From assembly GCA_016745215.1 (NCBI GenBank), contig CP050890.1:6029455-6093454 (forward strand): a stretch of DNA of 64,000 nt, written 5' to 3'. This document shows, one piece after another, positions 28,501 through 36,712 of this stretch. The notes below the pieces were generated by a model, which saw only the letters and a program-made list of their open reading frames with translations, was not told the DNA's origin and did no database searches. Position 1 is the stretch's first letter. Each line of letters opens with the position of its first letter. A program made the position numbers and the translations under genes. The DNA comes from Thiohalocapsa sp. PB-PSB1 (GTDB taxonomy: Bacteria; Pseudomonadota; Gammaproteobacteria; Chromatiales; Chromatiaceae).

Positions 28501-28918
28501 AAAACTCCGAGCCATGAACGCCTTGGCCAGAGCTCAAATAGTTACCGAAACGCTTGACGAGCACATTGGCAAAGTCAGTCGCCCGTGCCCGAGCATGAGG
28601 AACGGCGACAATCGCCCGAAGCTCGGTTTGCCAGCGCTCATCGTCTGGATTGATCAGTTCCCGAAAGAGGGCGCCTGATGCTTGCCGATCCTGACTCAAA
28701 TGCCGGCCTCGCAACGTCTCAACGCGCATCAGTTCATCAGCGCTGGTCGGTCGTATCGCAGACAAGACGGCCACCGCGTCATCGCGACGCATGTCATGGG
28801 CCTCGCCCAGTATCTCTTCTAGGCGTGAAATGATGTGGTCGGATGACACATCCACTGACAATCCAATGGCTGGCAACAGCTCAGGCGGGACTGTAAGATC
28901 TCGACTATCGTTCGACAT
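25568..28918 (-). CDS. large (1116 aa) predominantly alpha-helical hypothetical protein
   Basis: Long ORF with genic composition and no motif I recognise. Its stop overlaps the next start by ~15 nt. Confidence 0.6.
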   Translation of the reverse strand: MSNDSRDLTVPPELLPAIGLSVDVSSDHIISRLEEILGEAHDMRRDDAVAVLSAIRPTSADELMRVETLRGRHLSQDRQASGALFRELINPDDERWQTELRAIVAVPHARARATDFANVLVKRFGNYLSSGQGVHGSEFLARHRAFFIDVLNGLQGRMLPSDTNKLKSWIADAAQLELAAHLERARSQKTTDAWDAVARSVDELATMVQSNEQDQAVIEARGELQQFRRWRKHFNAILEKFDTYEFDGRPRFPWSPLELHELSLGSFVTPQQVEDILGGMKTYGSNAELHAWEKSLERLSRTALDGACGSDDKNFGESLQCMIDLRGQWLDQLGPLPGLADWDRQEHNLRKKIETQIQEWIVTLQAGFQDYPSLKRELDAHPHLSRLYDVGLDALRALQEDARHLNQIASSLKAWQQDGDTLVLRDERLRKVEIDLNALTDAWGASPGYARCRDQMDALKQELSALDQAEQLIAEAKPAAALTALDGCTSDAADKLRVKARQASLDDRILSAIQQGEFKSVLSEELDKASNEVRQHYLLSLRGRQFVEGLRQRIRPREGHPDFACFAKHLMELASEQPSDDAHLIEIDQARLEGIQADLRRRAIAQADQELTEVEKQFSLFPLPQQNLIDTLDARVQALAEGLAIKQLHPVEANRLKPRLKPLQIGLAVQRACLNADWPKTERILAHPDTPVCLGREGQRQLTATVQTERLLHRRADDEDWLALYREFQDVLMVHRHPEPRTRYLKLLRNMVSMPEPVDAKIVRLRFPDESYLASLLDCFHDASLVEDIEGYPRPEDEPLLGRLLEHLSRSAYNYFHIRRLWAQLPDELRARVWSGRAETPVDHVTGLLRAEHARIDKRLADGNIEVVQLHREIEGLLKTGLIDKKTMQMLDVAVGVERTLRDLDRRDPWDADLRPELAELQRGLDRLAPAIRVARAWPDAIRRRQEGIDAWEDLEAAWSAFSSRFGRLFPLHTETRPWAGFIDLLSSWVRQIEHAIPLIDWELPRARESARWSGLINAWSASDEGHLWLAAGHQVPTDLKALRDHYKIIQAQIKTFEQLHAGLLEEPRQELLAQLEQIEPLSGPINKIKSQLINPDASLSIGSAYRQYLAERPPS

Positions 28919-29104
28919 ACTTGTCGAGGCCCAAATTAAACTGCCAGAAACGCCACGTATGATGGTGCGAGCTGGGTGCAGCAGCGCCGAATCTGCCGAA
29001 AGCTCTGGTCGCGTGACGTCCGGGTTATTGAAGTAAGCATGATAGAAGCGGAACTACCATGTAGGCATGAACTACTACATAAGAACCGAAGCTTCATAGA
29101 AGTC

Positions 29105-30136
29105 TCAGCGTACCCACACGAAGGGTCCAGGGATAATCAAATACCCACCGGTACCATCCGGGCTGGGAACATGAATGCTCAAATTGTAGAGCCCTGGTGG
29201 GCCAACAAGATCAAGTTGTCCCTCGGCGCGACTCCCGTTTTGGACCAGCGCGGCTGGAACGGCGCCTTGCGGTGGCCGATCGGTAGCCAAATCCGTCTGG
29301 ACGATGGAGGTCGGGAGCGGCTTGCCAGACACAGGATACAAGCTTGTTCGCAAACGCGCCCCAACCGAGGCCTCCTCTGGGATGGGTTTATCCGCAAATG
29401 CGTAGGCGTTGGCGAAAAGCTGCGTGCATTTACGCATTTGGTTTCGGCTAATGCTCGCATCAGCACCTTCTGCACAACCAACCCCCAGGTGTGTGCTATT
29501 TGCGGCCAGGATGTTGCGGCGATGCCCAGGGCTTTCCATCCACATCTGGTTGAATTCGGCAGCTAGTGCGTCATCAGGGATGGACTGAGAGCTATACTCG
29601 GCGACGTTTTCGGAGGTCAAGCCGAACAGCGTCCGGTGCAGTCGCGCTACACGCTGCGCCGGGCCATCGCCATCGGGTGAGTCATGGGACAGGTAGGTCC
29701 GTTCCAGCATGTCCCGGCTGTGCCGTACCGCAATCTCGGCAAGATTGATCTCGTCTAGAAGTTCCGTAAGCGAACGTGAGGCGCGTTCGCCATTCGTCAG
29801 CACAAAAATCTGCTCCGCAACCTGCTGCATGGAGGCTGACATCTGCGCGTATTCGTCTTTGACCCAACGCTCCTCGGAGAGCATGGCCGATGCCGATGCT
29901 AGACTGGCAGGAGGAGCGGGCGGCACGATCACCTGAGGCTGTGATGGCGACGGGGAGGTCCACAAATCATCCGGCTGCGGAACTGCCGCTTGCTCGGCCG
30001 ATGGGCCGAGACCAAATCCGTAATGCAGTAAGAGTAGCAGCGGGGGGCGCAGCAAATAGAATGCTGTGATGAGGATCACAAGCAGAAGCAAAAATACGAA
30101 CAGATCTGAACGTTGATTATCCGTAGACGCATTCAT
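29105..30136 (-). CDS. membrane-anchored CAP/SCP (PR-1-like) domain protein
   Basis: N-terminal TM. Pro-rich linker. CAP motifs VLTNGERASRSL...AVRHSRDMLERTYLSHD...MWMESPGHRRNILAANSTHLGVGC. Confidence 0.65.
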   Translation of the reverse strand: MNASTDNQRSDLFVFLLLLVILITAFYLLRPPLLLLLHYGFGLGPSAEQAAVPQPDDLWTSPSPSQPQVIVPPAPPASLASASAMLSEERWVKDEYAQMSASMQQVAEQIFVLTNGERASRSLTELLDEINLAEIAVRHSRDMLERTYLSHDSPDGDGPAQRVARLHRTLFGLTSENVAEYSSQSIPDDALAAEFNQMWMESPGHRRNILAANSTHLGVGCAEGADASISRNQMRKCTQLFANAYAFADKPIPEEASVGARLRTSLYPVSGKPLPTSIVQTDLATDRPPQGAVPAALVQNGSRAEGQLDLVGPPGLYNLSIHVPSPDGTGGYLIIPGPFVWVR

Positions 30137-30705
30137 TTCTGACGCTCCTGCAGCGCAAATGTCAGCGAGGCGATCCTTAAGATCTGCGACAGGCCTACGT
30201 CCTTGAGGTTCAGACCATGGGCGGTTACTTGGGTGTACAATCCGGTACCTTTCACGTATTGTTCGGTCTCGCAGTCACCTGACTGAGATAGCATCCTCAG
30301 AAAACCGCAAGGCGCTGATCTGGAAAACAAATGCAGCATGGCATGGTCACCCTTGAACTGCCTGAACGGCTCAGGCCTGAAACCGAACAGATCGAACCGA
30401 ACAGGTCGAATTCCCTAGTCGCATGCAACTTGTCATCACAAAGATCCAGGTGCAGTTCCGCCTCGAGGGGTGTTTCGAAGTTCATCGTTATTGAATGACC
30501 TTCTTACGACTATGGATGTGATTATGTACGATGATTACGGTTATTGCAATTTTGGGTGAGAATGAGTCGTTTGCGGTATAGCGTTTGCCCCGGCCCTTCG
30601 GTGGGCAAAACGCGCATGGGCAAAGTCGCGAAAGATATTCGTGAAGCCATACGTTGGCCCAAGAGATAACGGAATTGGGTCGGCGACCTCTGGTCTGAGA
30701 TTGGT

Positions 30706-30757
30706 GGTTAGCTGAAATTTCCTGACTCTCGATCTGGCGATAAACCAGGTAGGAGCC
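30706..30757. repeat. direct-repeat copy 1 of a ~50-bp motif in the AT-rich intergenic region
   Basis: ctgaaatttcctgactctcg...ccaggtaggagc. A second copy lies ~490 bp away at ~31195-31243 (ctgaagtttcctgattctcg...ccaggtaggggc). Confidence 0.5.
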
Positions 30758-31417
30758 TTCTCAACAGGTGTTGCTCGGATCCGTGTTTGGTGACAATGAA
30801 TTTGACTGGTCAGCGGTAACTATAGATTTTCAGAAAATGACTCTGGCATACAGACCCAAAATGATCTTTCAAAATCAACGAATCGCGATTATGTAGATCC
30901 AAGACTATATCTTGGCCGCTTGCAGAAAGCTAAAGCGATTTCTGTCGAGAAACGTACCATCTGGCTATATGGCTTGTCTGCTCGTCCACCTTCTTTGTCA
31001 CGGCAACCCGCCCCTAGAGCGACCATGGGTGGGTTGTCGAACTGTGAAGGCGAACGAGAATCCGACGCCAGTTGGTATGTTTCTCTCCGGCAATCGCATA
31101 AGACGTCGAACACGCCAAACAGGCGCCTGAAAAAGTCGTTTATTGGATCGAGCAGCATGGTCATGGTTTGAACATAATGCAGGGTCAGAGTACCAGTCTG
31201 AAGTTTCCTGATTCTCGGGCTGGGTGGCGGGCCAGGTAGGGGCATTATTATTCGGGTTTGCTTGCGCCTGCGCAAACCAGCGTAAACATGCCACCACCAA
31301 GTAACTGTCCTCCTTGCGATTTTCAGAAATCAGAAAACTTCAGTATTAGTAATTATGGACGCGAAAACGCTGCCAGAGACGGTCCAGACCATTAGCGCCA
31401 CCGCCTTGGCGCCTCGC

Positions 31418-32584
31418 TCAACCACCATGTTCACCATGAGGAGAGTCGCCCTGGTTCCGGTCCGGATCTTCGTTGATCCTAGGAACCGAAGCGTTGAATC
31501 CAACTTGCGCCGTTGGTTGCGTCGGCGGGCCGAGCAAAGTCGCCAGAAAAGCCTGGTCTGAGATCGCAGAGCGGGTATCCGGTCCATTCAAGGATTCTTT
31601 TAGTGCGTCGGCATACTTGTCCTTGAGCTCAAGAATGTACACATCCTCGAGCTCGGCCCGTTGGGCACGTTCTAGGGCATCTTCGATAGTCGTCAGCCGA
31701 TCTTTCGGCTGCAACTCTGCCTTCCTGGTCTCGAAGGCTACCGCAAGCGCATCCATCGCCTCTTGCCACGGCCGGGAGTAGAAGTTCTCCAGCAGCCGCA
31801 TGTCCAGGAATCGGGCAACATCGCGCACCTTGTAGGGGGCATAGGTCTGGTCGACTTCCAGCAGCCGATCTGTCTTGCTACGATCAAGTATACCTCCCTC
31901 CCCAAATACCTTATCGCGGAGCCGCCGAAGATGATCGGTCAGCTCTGTGCTGGGTTCGATGAGGACGCTGACTCTATCGATTTTGACGCCTGGTACGGTT
32001 GCATGCTGATGGACATGCGTCTCCAGTCCGTTTTTGACGAGCGTAAGGGCGCGATCGAAGATACGGTCTACGAGGCCGCGTTCGACATGGGAAGCGTCTT
32101 CTAGTAAGCGATCGCTGGTCAGCCCGGTAAAATATTCTCGGGTCGTCGCGACGACTCTGGCGCGTAGGCTCGCAACCGGATCCTTACTGCCATTCCAGAA
32201 TTGCTCCGCATCCGTGACGCGCCACTCCAAGGTCAAACGGCAATCCACATCGTTACCGTCCGCAAGGCGGTATGTCTCTGAGTCGGCAGAAATCTCCAGC
32301 GTCCGCTGGCGCATCTCGACAAAGATGAACAGCATACGATCAGCGTCTTGCGCAGCGACGTGAATCGACGGACGATCAGTGGTCAAAGCGGCGACGAAGA
32401 CAGGTGCATCGCCGACGACCTCCATGACGATAATGTGCCGGTCCGCGTCCGCGCGCGGCACCGGCGGCAGCGCGCGCCGGAAGGTCGGCAGCCGGCGCTT
32501 GATGCTGTATTCCGCCTCAGAGTAGACCTCCGACCGGTAGGTCTCGGTAGCGCGCAGTTTTTGCAGCCAGTCTTCAAGCAACAT
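31418..32584 (-). CDS. hypothetical protein with SPFH/band-7-like core
   Basis: 388 aa. The segment DVDCRLTLEWRVTDAEQFW...SLRARVVATTREYFTGLTSDRLLE...GVKIDRVSVLIEPSTEL follows the SPFH consensus pattern. Confidence 0.4.
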   Translation of the reverse strand: MLLEDWLQKLRATETYRSEVYSEAEYSIKRRLPTFRRALPPVPRADADRHIIVMEVVGDAPVFVAALTTDRPSIHVAAQDADRMLFIFVEMRQRTLEISADSETYRLADGNDVDCRLTLEWRVTDAEQFWNGSKDPVASLRARVVATTREYFTGLTSDRLLEDASHVERGLVDRIFDRALTLVKNGLETHVHQHATVPGVKIDRVSVLIEPSTELTDHLRRLRDKVFGEGGILDRSKTDRLLEVDQTYAPYKVRDVARFLDMRLLENFYSRPWQEAMDALAVAFETRKAELQPKDRLTTIEDALERAQRAELEDVYILELKDKYADALKESLNGPDTRSAISDQAFLATLLGPPTQPTAQVGFNASVPRINEDPDRNQGDSPHGEHGG

Positions 32585-32638
32585 GGCAAACCTCTCGGAC
32601 AGTTCAGGGATTAGGGAAGATGTCGGTATTTGGCAACG

Positions 32639-33799
32639 TCAATCCGGCGTCAATAATTCGCGGTAGGATCGGCAAGGTATATTGGATTGAGCATCTCCGC
32701 CACGGCTGGATGCACGCCTCTGTGCGGCCCGATCTCGTAGCCGATCCCAGCGCTCGATATGAAAGCGCAAGCGATCGCGCCGCTGGCCTAGATAGCGCAT
32801 CTGCAATGCAAGAAAAAACTGCCGGTAAGGGTCGAACAGCGCCGGTCGCTCCTGGTCCAGCAGAGCCAACGCACGTTCGGCCCAGCCTTTGACCTTTTCC
32901 GTGGTTTGTTCTTGTACGATCACATGCAATGGCAGGCGTGAGTCGTCCCATAGGGTGCCGACCAGCTCCACCGCAGCCGAGCGCATGTCTTCGCTGTCGA
33001 CGGCATCCTCGATTCGTAAAAATTCAAGCGTGAGCAAAGCAGACAACAGGCGTAGCGGAGCGTCTCTGTCGGGCTCGATCCAAAGCAGCAACGCCCTGAG
33101 GCCACGCTTTGGATCGGCGTCAAAGATTCGGCGGAACAGCTCTGTGATCGGCAACAATAGCAACCACATCCACTCGGTAGTCGTCGTCACCTCGATCAAG
33201 TGCAGCGCAGCGTCGCTTCGCACACTGTTGTAGCGCCAGGTCAGTGCACCTAACGCCACCCTTATAAGAACCGGGTTGTCAGACTTGGCCCAATGGCGGA
33301 TTAGGGCGAGGATGTCGGCTTCGCACCGCCCCGCTATCAAGGTCTCAGCCAGTGCGATGGCAGCCGAGTCCATGCAGTCGGCATTGTTGGAATTGACCCA
33401 AGGCAGAAGAATTCGAGCCTTGAGGTCGGCGAACGGCAACTGCTTTGCCAGTACGCTTACGGCAAGAGCCGCGAAGTATCTTGGCTCACGCTCGCCGCCG
33501 CAGCCCATTTGGCACAGGTAGTCATATAACCTCGGCAGTCGATCGTACAGGGCGGGCAGGTTCAGCAGACCAAGTGCCGCCGATCGTTCTTTCTCTGTTG
33601 CGAAACCAAGAGACTGAACTTGCGTAACCCCATGCTCGGTGTTTCGCGATACCTCAATGATGTTGGCGCCAGTACGCGCAAGTGCGTGGAAATCGCCGCC
33701 TTGTTGTTGTGAATCTGCTTCGTTTTTGCCGTCTTTGCGCAACAGCGAGGCTGGGACATCAATTACCAAGCGGTCGGTTTCGTCATCTCTCGCCGTCAT
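32639..33799 (-). CDS. hypothetical helical-repeat (HEAT/ARM-like) protein
   Basis: 386-aa ORF. Its stop overlaps the next start. Confidence 0.45.
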   Translation of the reverse strand: MTARDDETDRLVIDVPASLLRKDGKNEADSQQQGGDFHALARTGANIIEVSRNTEHGVTQVQSLGFATEKERSAALGLLNLPALYDRLPRLYDYLCQMGCGGEREPRYFAALAVSVLAKQLPFADLKARILLPWVNSNNADCMDSAAIALAETLIAGRCEADILALIRHWAKSDNPVLIRVALGALTWRYNSVRSDAALHLIEVTTTTEWMWLLLLPITELFRRIFDADPKRGLRALLLWIEPDRDAPLRLLSALLTLEFLRIEDAVDSEDMRSAAVELVGTLWDDSRLPLHVIVQEQTTEKVKGWAERALALLDQERPALFDPYRQFFLALQMRYLGQRRDRLRFHIERWDRLRDRAAQRRASSRGGDAQSNIPCRSYRELLTPD

Positions 33800-34548
33800 T
33801 CCGGGCTGCTCCTGTCATCGGAGGTTTGATCACTTGCAGGATCGAGCAGCTTTTCGAAATCACGAGCGACCCCGACCAGGTAGGTCCGATTCATCTCTTG
33901 GAACAGCGCGGTCGCCAGCACGTTGCCGCGTTCTAGAGGGTTCAAATCGTTGAAGAACCAGTCGCTTACATTCTCGGCATTGTCGCTCGACAGCGGATGC
34001 TCCGTTGATGTCTGCCCGACGTTCTGCCGCGCGGGCGATGCCGCAGCACGAAACTCGGCGTATTCTGCCTCGCGGGAATCGCGGTTTTTCTTGCAGGCTT
34101 CCGACCAACGCGGAAACCATTCGTCGTATTTCGGTTTGCTCTCGCTGGCCAACCAGTCCCAGAGCTGAGGAACCCGATCGCGACTCTCGCAGTAGGAGAT
34201 CAACTCACGAAGGATACCGAAAAAACGATCCGTCTCCTTGAGCAGTTTGTGGACATCGTCAAAGTGCTCGAAGCAATAGGTGCGCAGGGCTTCCTCGTTA
34301 TGGAATGCACTGGAGAAGCACTCCAGCAAGACTGCTCTTGGGGACTCCTGGCCTCGACGTCTTGCGTCTCGGATCTTCGCTTCTTCGTCGTCAGTTTTCT
34401 CAGCGCGAGGGGTTGTTGAGGCTTCTGCGGATTGATCTGGTGGAGTCTTACTGGCCCTGGCGGTATCCGGGTCTTGTGCGTCAGCAGCGACTGTCTCAGC
34501 AACACTGTCGGGAGCCTCGGTGGATGTCTCTTCGAGATCGTTGGTCAT
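33796..34548 (-). CDS. acidic protein carrying a ~60-aa helical module homologous to the C-terminus of the upstream nucleosidase-like protein
   Basis: RAVLLECFSSAFHNEEALRTYCFEHFDDVHKLLKETDRFFGILRELISYCESRDRVPQLWDWL aligns with the upstream protein's C-terminal module. Start MTNDLEET forms an ATGA overlap with the upstream stop. The ORF in the track extends to 34767. Confidence 0.6.
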   Translation of the reverse strand: MTNDLEETSTEAPDSVAETVAADAQDPDTARASKTPPDQSAEASTTPRAEKTDDEEAKIRDARRRGQESPRAVLLECFSSAFHNEEALRTYCFEHFDDVHKLLKETDRFFGILRELISYCESRDRVPQLWDWLASESKPKYDEWFPRWSEACKKNRDSREAEYAEFRAAASPARQNVGQTSTEHPLSSDNAENVSDWFFNDLNPLERGNVLATALFQEMNRTYLVGVARDFEKLLDPASDQTSDDRSSPE

Positions 34549-35582
34549 CGGCCCATCTCTTGATATTTGGCGACGCAAGCATAGCTGCGCATTTGCAGCA
34601 GTTGCCATAGGGCGTCGGTCTGCGCCCGAGCAAGAACGTAGCCGATCAATTCGCGGGTGATGTGCGGCCGGCGGTCTATCTCGCGCAGGTTGCGATACAC
34701 CTCGGGGAAGTGCTCGAAGCAGAAGGCTCGCAGCTCGTCCTCGGTCGTCAATACGGTATCGATACACTCGAACAGAAGTTGCCGTTCCGATCGCCCATTC
34801 CCTCGTTGGGCTTGCTGATCATTGACTTCGGACTCCCCGTTACCGGATGACATGGGCATAAAGGACATCGCATGGACAACAAAGCCTGCCGCATTGCGCG
34901 CTGCGATCATCTGACGGGTATCCTTGTCCACCGCCTTGTTGCCATCGGCAAAGTCGCAGATAGCCTTGACGACGATCCAGTCCACCTTGGCGTCCGTGCA
35001 TGCGACATAGAGCCCGGCGCCCTCCATCTCGCCACCGATGATGTCGGGGGAGAATTGCAACAGCTGCGCGCGGTAGGCGCTGTTGTCCACCAACTTCTCA
35101 CCCGAAAGCATCAGGCCGAAATCGATGCGCGCCTCGTCCTGCGGCCAGGTCAAGGCGGCGTTGCGCAGGGCGTTGATCAGGCGGGTCGAGGCATGGGGGC
35201 GGTCGCCCCGCGCGACTTGCTGGCGTTCGCCGATCCGCTGCGCCTCGTAGAGCAACAATTGCAGCGATACCAGCAGGTCGCCGATCTGCTGCTTACCCTC
35301 GTCGACGCCAAAGGCGATACCGGCGAGGACGACCGCGGCCGGTGAGAGCGCCGCGATGGCTTTCTGTACGCTCACCAGCGAAGAACCGAGCCCCAAGGCG
35401 CCCATCTCGCAGAGCACGAGCATGGCGTGCCGGTCGGCGACATGGCCCAGGTCATGGTAGACTCGATCACCCGCCGGAACAGGTTGGGCCGGTTGCCCGC
35501 TGTGCTGCGCGAAGGCGCTGAGCATAGCGCGACTCTCCACCTCGGTGGCGGTAACGATCAGAATATCGGTCTGTGGCGACAT
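34545..35582 (-). CDS. purine-nucleoside-phosphorylase / MTA-SAH-nucleosidase-family enzyme with C-terminal effector-associated-type helical domain
   Basis: MSPQTDILIVTATEVESRAM ... IIGGEMEGAGLYVAC is the PNP/UDP-phosphorylase family hallmark. C-terminal module LLFECIDTVLTTEDELRAFCFEHFPEVYRNLREIDRRPHITRELIGYVLARAQTDALWQLL. The ORF in the track extends to 35948. Confidence 0.7.
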   Translation of the reverse strand: MSPQTDILIVTATEVESRAMLSAFAQHSGQPAQPVPAGDRVYHDLGHVADRHAMLVLCEMGALGLGSSLVSVQKAIAALSPAAVVLAGIAFGVDEGKQQIGDLLVSLQLLLYEAQRIGERQQVARGDRPHASTRLINALRNAALTWPQDEARIDFGLMLSGEKLVDNSAYRAQLLQFSPDIIGGEMEGAGLYVACTDAKVDWIVVKAICDFADGNKAVDKDTRQMIAARNAAGFVVHAMSFMPMSSGNGESEVNDQQAQRGNGRSERQLLFECIDTVLTTEDELRAFCFEHFPEVYRNLREIDRRPHITRELIGYVLARAQTDALWQLLQMRSYACVAKYQEMGR

Positions 35583-36712
35583 GGCACTCTCCAGGTCAGG
35601 ACGGGATGATGATCTTGGGCACTCGCAAGCACCGCTGCGGTTGTTTGTGTAGAGGGCGGCATTAGCGCCATCTGGAGAACCGACAGCACGAGCCACATAG
35701 CCCCTAGTCCGGCTCCCAATAGTAGACCTGTGCCCGCGCAGCGTCGTCGCGACATACGGAGCGCGCGGCGTTCCAGCGCTAGCCAGACGATAAGCCCGAT
35801 TCCGAGCAGACCGACCAGCCCCCACAACGTGGCCATGATCGCGCCGACCAATGCCACAGCCACCAGGCGCACGAGGTCGCCGACAGTCATTGCCCCGGTA
35901 TTGCCGGGGCGCGGGGCGATTATCGCAAGGTGCGCGATCAGGCCGCACTGGAGGAGCAGCAGTCCCACCGCGCTCGTGCCGTTGGCAATCATCGGTTGCC
36001 AGAACATCAGCACAAAGAAGCCCATTACCCAGGCACCGGAGAAGGTCAACTCTGCCGACGCCTTGGACCGATCTTGAACCTGCTCCAACAGTGCGGCCAT
36101 CGTGATGGCCAATAGGAACCAGGCACAGATGATGAAACCGCGCACGCCGAACTCGGCCACCAGCGGTTCATTGGCTGATGGCTCCGGGACCAGCAGCCAG
36201 GCGTTCGGATGTGCCAGCAGCATGCCCCAGAGATACAGCAGGGGCAGGGTCAGCAACAGCCGCGGCCAAGCCGCCTGGCGGTGCACCAGAAACAACAGCA
36301 GCATTGCCCCGCAGATGAAGATGCGCATCACCTGCCAGAAGCCTGCGTCGCCGGTGGCGAGGAATGCGCTGAATAGGTTCTGCCAAAGGTGTTCGCCCGG
36401 GGCGTAGACTGCCGCCCGTCCGCCAGTGTACAGCCAATACTCGAACAAATGCAGGAACAGATACACGGCCATCACCACCAGTGCCACATGGCTGGCTGCC
36501 GCGACTGGTACCCGGTTGATCCGCAGCAACAGGTACAGGCCGTAGTGCAGACTGATGTAGAACACCTGGGTCTCGATTACCGCGAGCGGCGTGACCCGCG
36601 TGTAACCGTCGAGGGGGAAGCGCGCCAGATCCAATGCGAAGCGCAGCGACAGCAGTATTACGAAGGTCGCGTAGTCGGTGACTACCGGCGGTAATCGTCG
36701 AGGCTCGGCCAT
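35558..36712 (-). CDS. polytopic integral membrane protein (about 10 TM)
   Basis: 384 aa with many hydrophobic helices. Its 3' end overlaps the start of the nucleosidase-like gene by ~25 nt. Confidence 0.6.
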   Translation of the reverse strand: MAEPRRLPPVVTDYATFVILLSLRFALDLARFPLDGYTRVTPLAVIETQVFYISLHYGLYLLLRINRVPVAAASHVALVVMAVYLFLHLFEYWLYTGGRAAVYAPGEHLWQNLFSAFLATGDAGFWQVMRIFICGAMLLLFLVHRQAAWPRLLLTLPLLYLWGMLLAHPNAWLLVPEPSANEPLVAEFGVRGFIICAWFLLAITMAALLEQVQDRSKASAELTFSGAWVMGFFVLMFWQPMIANGTSAVGLLLLQCGLIAHLAIIAPRPGNTGAMTVGDLVRLVAVALVGAIMATLWGLVGLLGIGLIVWLALERRALRMSRRRCAGTGLLLGAGLGAMWLVLSVLQMALMPPSTQTTAAVLASAQDHHPVLTWRVPCRHRPIF

